The notes under the pieces: model-generated
Databases searched by the model: none
Told to the model about the DNA's origin: nothing
The model's input: the letters and a program-made list of their open reading frames with translations, nothing else
Program-made: the position numbers and the translations under genes
Virus record (IMG/VR): IMGVR_UViG_3300046413_000884
Span: 1-58,258 of that record
Reading direction: 5' to 3' (one strand)
Origin: a virus
Lineage: Duplodnaviria; Caudoviricetes
Length of the DNA stretch: 58,258 nucleotides
Shown here: positions 55,737-58,258 of the stretch, one piece after another
How the letters are laid out: every line of letters starts with the position of its first letter
Numbering within the stretch: position 1 is the first letter of the stretch

Positions 55737-56406
55737 TGTTCTCCTCTTTTTGGTTATTTATTTGTTCTTTGGCAGTTTTCCAGAAATATTCATCTTCACG
55801 ACCCATTCCAAGTCGATCAAATCCATTTTCAACCTGGTAATACTGAGTTGATACCTTAAAATCAGGCATCTTTGGTTCGACTGGTGTCAGACTATTATCA
55901 TAAATGCGTAATCTGTTGTTTGGATAGAGTGCATATTGACCATTTTCCAACTCAATTAAGTTATGAGACTTATGTTCAGCAGGATTTTCACTGGTCGCAT
56001 AGTCAACATAGTCTGGATCATGATGATAATTGTCAATCGTACACACATAAGTGCCCTTAACATTACCATGATCCCGTGTATAACACTCAAAGTCCATTGA
56101 ACCAATGAACTTCTTATCCACTGATACAACCCCGTAGTCCATGCAGTTCCAGAATTGCAGGTTAGGTAGACTCATATCAGGTGTAGGAGTCTCAGGATCG
56201 GTTACAAAGGCACTGATAGGCAATTTATCGTACATTGCCGCATACTCTGGTAAGTATGTCTCAAAATAAAAAGCACGTCCAGGAATCGATTTAACCGATA
56301 CCCAAACGCCTTTAACAAATTCTCCATGACCAGACTGATGATCCGTTAGATACTCTTTACGTACCCACACTTCCTGTGAAGGAAGATTTGCAATCAAACA
56401 GGACAT
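55729..56406 (-). CDS. Conserved hypothetical protein
   Basis: 225-aa ORF (NLP..EVWVRKEYL.DHQ.GHGEF, EHKSHN, YPNNR) with normal operon packing. Confidence 0.85.
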   Translation of the reverse strand: MSCLIANLPSQEVWVRKEYLTDHQSGHGEFVKGVWVSVKSIPGRAFYFETYLPEYAAMYDKLPISAFVTDPETPTPDMSLPNLQFWNCMDYGVVSVDKKFIGSMDFECYTRDHGNVKGTYVCTIDNYHHDPDYVDYATSENPAEHKSHNLIELENGQYALYPNNRLRIYDNSLTPVEPKMPDFKVSTQYYQVENGFDRLGMGREDEYFWKTAKEQINNQKEENNG

Positions 56407-56433
56407 ACAAAAGTTAACAACTGATTTATCTAT

Positions 56434-56583
56434 TCAACCTCTACCTTGTCCACGATAACGCTTTGGTTTCTTGTTACCGGATGATGCAGCATACTTTGTA
56501 TGTTGTCCTGAACCTTGACGAGTCTTCTTTGGAATTGACTCAATCATCAAGTTACCAGTTAGACTCTTCTTAATCTTTGCCAT
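56434..56583 (-). CDS. 49-aa highly basic protein
   Basis: Not in the track: MAKIKKSLTGNLMIESIPKKTRQGSGQHTKYAASSGNKKPKRYRGQGRG*. Confidence 0.8.
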   Translation of the reverse strand: MAKIKKSLTGNLMIESIPKKTRQGSGQHTKYAASSGNKKPKRYRGQGRG

Positions 56584-56605
56584 AATTTGTTCTTTCGCGA
56601 TTTTT

Positions 56606-56631
56606 TAATAAACGGGCGGGAATAACCCCAC
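56606..56631 (-). terminator. Possible terminator after the glycosyltransferase
   Basis: GGGTGGG..CCCGCCC stem with a G-U pair, followed by GTTTATT; weak U-tract. Confidence 0.4.
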
Positions 56632-56662
56632 CCACCATAATACACCATTAACACATAAGCAC

Positions 56663-57412
56663 TCATATCACGCGCATTTTTTCATGCCCCACACGAATTA
56701 CAGGGTCACACCAAATCTCATAACCCTTCTCAATCGCATCCAGACAGAAACTCACATCCTCTCCACACATATCTTGGACCTCTCCTGATTCAAACGTTTG
56801 CATCTTCGGAGCAAACCATGGATAAGGTAAACTCTCAAATACGCCCTTCTTAATCAGAACCCATCCAAAACCTGTGTAATCAACAGTGAACGGTTTCTTA
56901 CGCTTACTCATTGACTCGCCAGTCTCATGATTCATTACACCACCATTATTACGGAAGTCTCCTTCCTCTAACCAATGTGCAACAGATGTAGTACGACCAT
57001 CTTCAGTCATATACCATCCAGCAGCAATATCCTTATCCATTGCTACAAGACGGAAGAACTGCTCTGTATTAAACACAATATCAGAGTCAATCCATAACTG
57101 ATAATCATAGTGAAGTTTTCCATCCCAAGGTTTCTGATTCGGTCCTCGGAGAACATTTGCACCTAAACACTTACATCGTGCAAAGTTCACCATTGAACTA
57201 TAATCTTGTGAAATCTGAATACTTGCACCAGACTGTACTAGATCAAAACACAGTTGTACAAAGTTCTTCAAATATGTGTATGATACTCCTCTTCCAGGTA
57301 GACAAAATACTACTGTCTTACCACGAATCATTTCTTTTGCTGCTTCTAAATTAAAGTCTTCTACTTTCTTCGGAGTAGGTGCAGCAGTCTTTACTGTAAA
57401 TCCTTTAGCCAT
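56663..57412 (-). CDS. Putative GT-A fold glycosyltransferase
   Basis: VNFARCK, LWIDSDIVF (DxD), YTGFGWVLIKKGVFE, GEDVSFC, VGHEK. Confidence 0.8.
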   Translation of the reverse strand: MAKGFTVKTAAPTPKKVEDFNLEAAKEMIRGKTVVFCLPGRGVSYTYLKNFVQLCFDLVQSGASIQISQDYSSMVNFARCKCLGANVLRGPNQKPWDGKLHYDYQLWIDSDIVFNTEQFFRLVAMDKDIAAGWYMTEDGRTTSVAHWLEEGDFRNNGGVMNHETGESMSKRKKPFTVDYTGFGWVLIKKGVFESLPYPWFAPKMQTFESGEVQDMCGEDVSFCLDAIEKGYEIWCDPVIRVGHEKMRVI

Positions 57413-57436
57413 GAAAATGAATTAACCGACATTGTT

Positions 57437-57465
57437 ATTATAACACAGAGTCTCTTGCTTCGCAA
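57437..57465 (-). promoter_or_regulatory. Sigma70-like promoter for the glycosyltransferase
   Basis: TTGCGA-17 nt-TATAAT with extended -10 TG. Confidence 0.7.
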
Positions 57466-57507
57466 GTTACTCAACGAACACTCACTCAGGTCAACGTTCG
57501 TTAAAAT

Positions 57508-57515
57508 TATTTAGT
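57508..57515 (-). promoter_or_regulatory. Late promoter variant ACTAAATA
   Basis: Contains the stop of the 48-aa ORF; same CTAAATA core as before gp15 and gp18. Confidence 0.45.
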
Positions 57516-57657
57516 ATCCATCTGCTAACTTCTCTAACAAGTATGTGAGTTCTTCCTTTGTACTATAATCCCTTATTAATCCCTCGTCATTCTCTAATCT
57601 ATATTCAAGTGCCTCTATGAGTAGTTCTTTCTCATAGGTCTCGATTGAAATGTTCAT
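57511..57657 (-). CDS. 48-aa acidic hypothetical protein
   Basis: Not in the track: MNISIETYEKELLIEALEYRLENDEGLIRDYSTKEELTYLLEKLADGY*; upstream GAGGTG. Confidence 0.65.
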   Translation of the reverse strand: MNISIETYEKELLIEALEYRLENDEGLIRDYSTKEELTYLLEKLADGY

Positions 57658-57915
57658 AGTAAATTTACGCACCTCTTTGGTATATATCAGTAGCGAACCT
57701 TACAGGGTCCTTTTTACCTGGGGGGAATTTTTTTGCTCGGAGGTATTTGAAAGGGTCTAATACCTGCAGGATTTTTTTTTTTGAACTTTATATCTATCTC
57801 GAAAAAGACATACAGTGTAGGTTACAGTAGTAGGGCGTTTTAGCTAAGGGGCGGGGCGACGACATAAAACGCCCCCAAATAACTGTCCCTAAGTATCAAC
57901 AACTGTCGTGCCTCT
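57658..57915. other. Structured non-coding region (candidate replication origin)
   Basis: Longest intergenic stretch in the window; inverted repeats, imperfect direct repeats, G6, T7 and T11 runs. Confidence 0.45.
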
Positions 57916-57944
57916 ATTATATCATAAGTCCTCTCAGACTGCAA
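57916..57944 (-). promoter_or_regulatory. Sigma70-like promoter firing into the non-coding region
   Basis: TTGCAG-17 nt-TATAAT with extended -10 TG. Confidence 0.65.
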
Positions 57945-58258
57945 CCAGTTGTTCAAACTTAGTGTTATTGAAGTTAGCAACACTGAACTGCTTGCGATCG
58001 ACCAATTTGTATACCTTACCCTCGCATGAGTAGACATAACCCTCGGCATCAATTCTGTCTTGGTTGATGTATGCTTCTGGTCCGTTCAATACTCTACACT
58101 GACTGAGGCATTCTTCCTTGATAAACTGAATCAAACCGTAGAGGTGCATGAGTGTTACATTGCCATTGAAGTCCTCGACACGCAGTACATTACCCTCACG
58201 CAGCGAACGATTCACATTGATACGAATCTGTGCTGCCTCTTTATCACTCACGAACTGC
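57934..58258 (-). CDS. C-terminal part of a DUF6267-like protein (true start probably outside the window)
   Basis: C-terminal EGYV.....YKLVDR.QFS.ANF motif; frame open to the window edge. Confidence 0.65.
   Translation of the reverse strand, partial: QFVSDKEAAQIRINVNRSLREGNVLRVEDFNGNVTLMHLYGLIQFIKEECLSQCRVLNGPEAYINQDRIDAEGYVYSCEGKVYKLVDRKQFSVANFNNTKFEQLVAV

Noticed and set aside
57478-57492. CUGAGUGA in a hairpin loop, resembling a hammerhead ribozyme core
   Set aside because: Does not match CUGANGA spacing, and I found no GAAA strand or three-stem junction.
57840-58052. 70-aa minus-strand ORF entering the non-coding region
   Set aside because: Out of frame within the DUF6267-like gene and runs through a promoter and an inverted repeat; no protein-like features.
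1-58258. Introns, inteins, tRNAs, CRISPR arrays, diversity-generating retroelement or stop-codon recoding
   Set aside because: Core genes (gp17, gp20, gp23, uvsW, gp46, gp47, gp44) are uninterrupted and of normal length in the standard code. I saw no cloverleaf, repeat-spacer array or reverse transcriptase. This was a visual inspection only.

Overview
A 58 kb segment of a T4-like marine cyanomyovirus (Kyanoviridae-type, probably infecting Synechococcus or Prochlorococcus; host is inferred). Essentially all genes are on the minus strand. Read in transcription order (right to left): the end of a DUF6267-like gene; a structured non-coding region (candidate origin); a GT-A glycosyltransferase and small conserved ORFs; baseplate genes (gp25, gp6, 3545-aa gp7, gp8, VrlC-like); a fibre; neck/packaging genes (gp13-gp17); tail and head genes (gp18-gp23, gp3); uvsY/uvsW; the late sigma gp55; gp47/gp46; a CobT-like VWA-peptidase and CobS-like AAA+ pair; gp45, a denV-like glycosylase, gp44, dam, gp62 and regA; then a partial unknown gene. 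I saw no tRNA, rRNA, CRISPR array, intron, intein or photosynthesis gene. Gene content is mostly ordinary core. The best leads are: (1) a back-to-back promoter pair at gp55 whose better-consensus member points antisense into the late operon through an Sm-like gene; (2) a G-[IVLF]-[GSTAN]-[ST] motif that is dense in outer virion proteins, downstream of a glycosyltransferase; (3) identically spaced hairpin-containing promoters for the cobS/cobT-like pair; (4) a promoter-fed repeat/hairpin region that may be an origin; (5) a candidate capsid-targeted internal protein. All family calls come from recognising motifs by eye, not from database searches.
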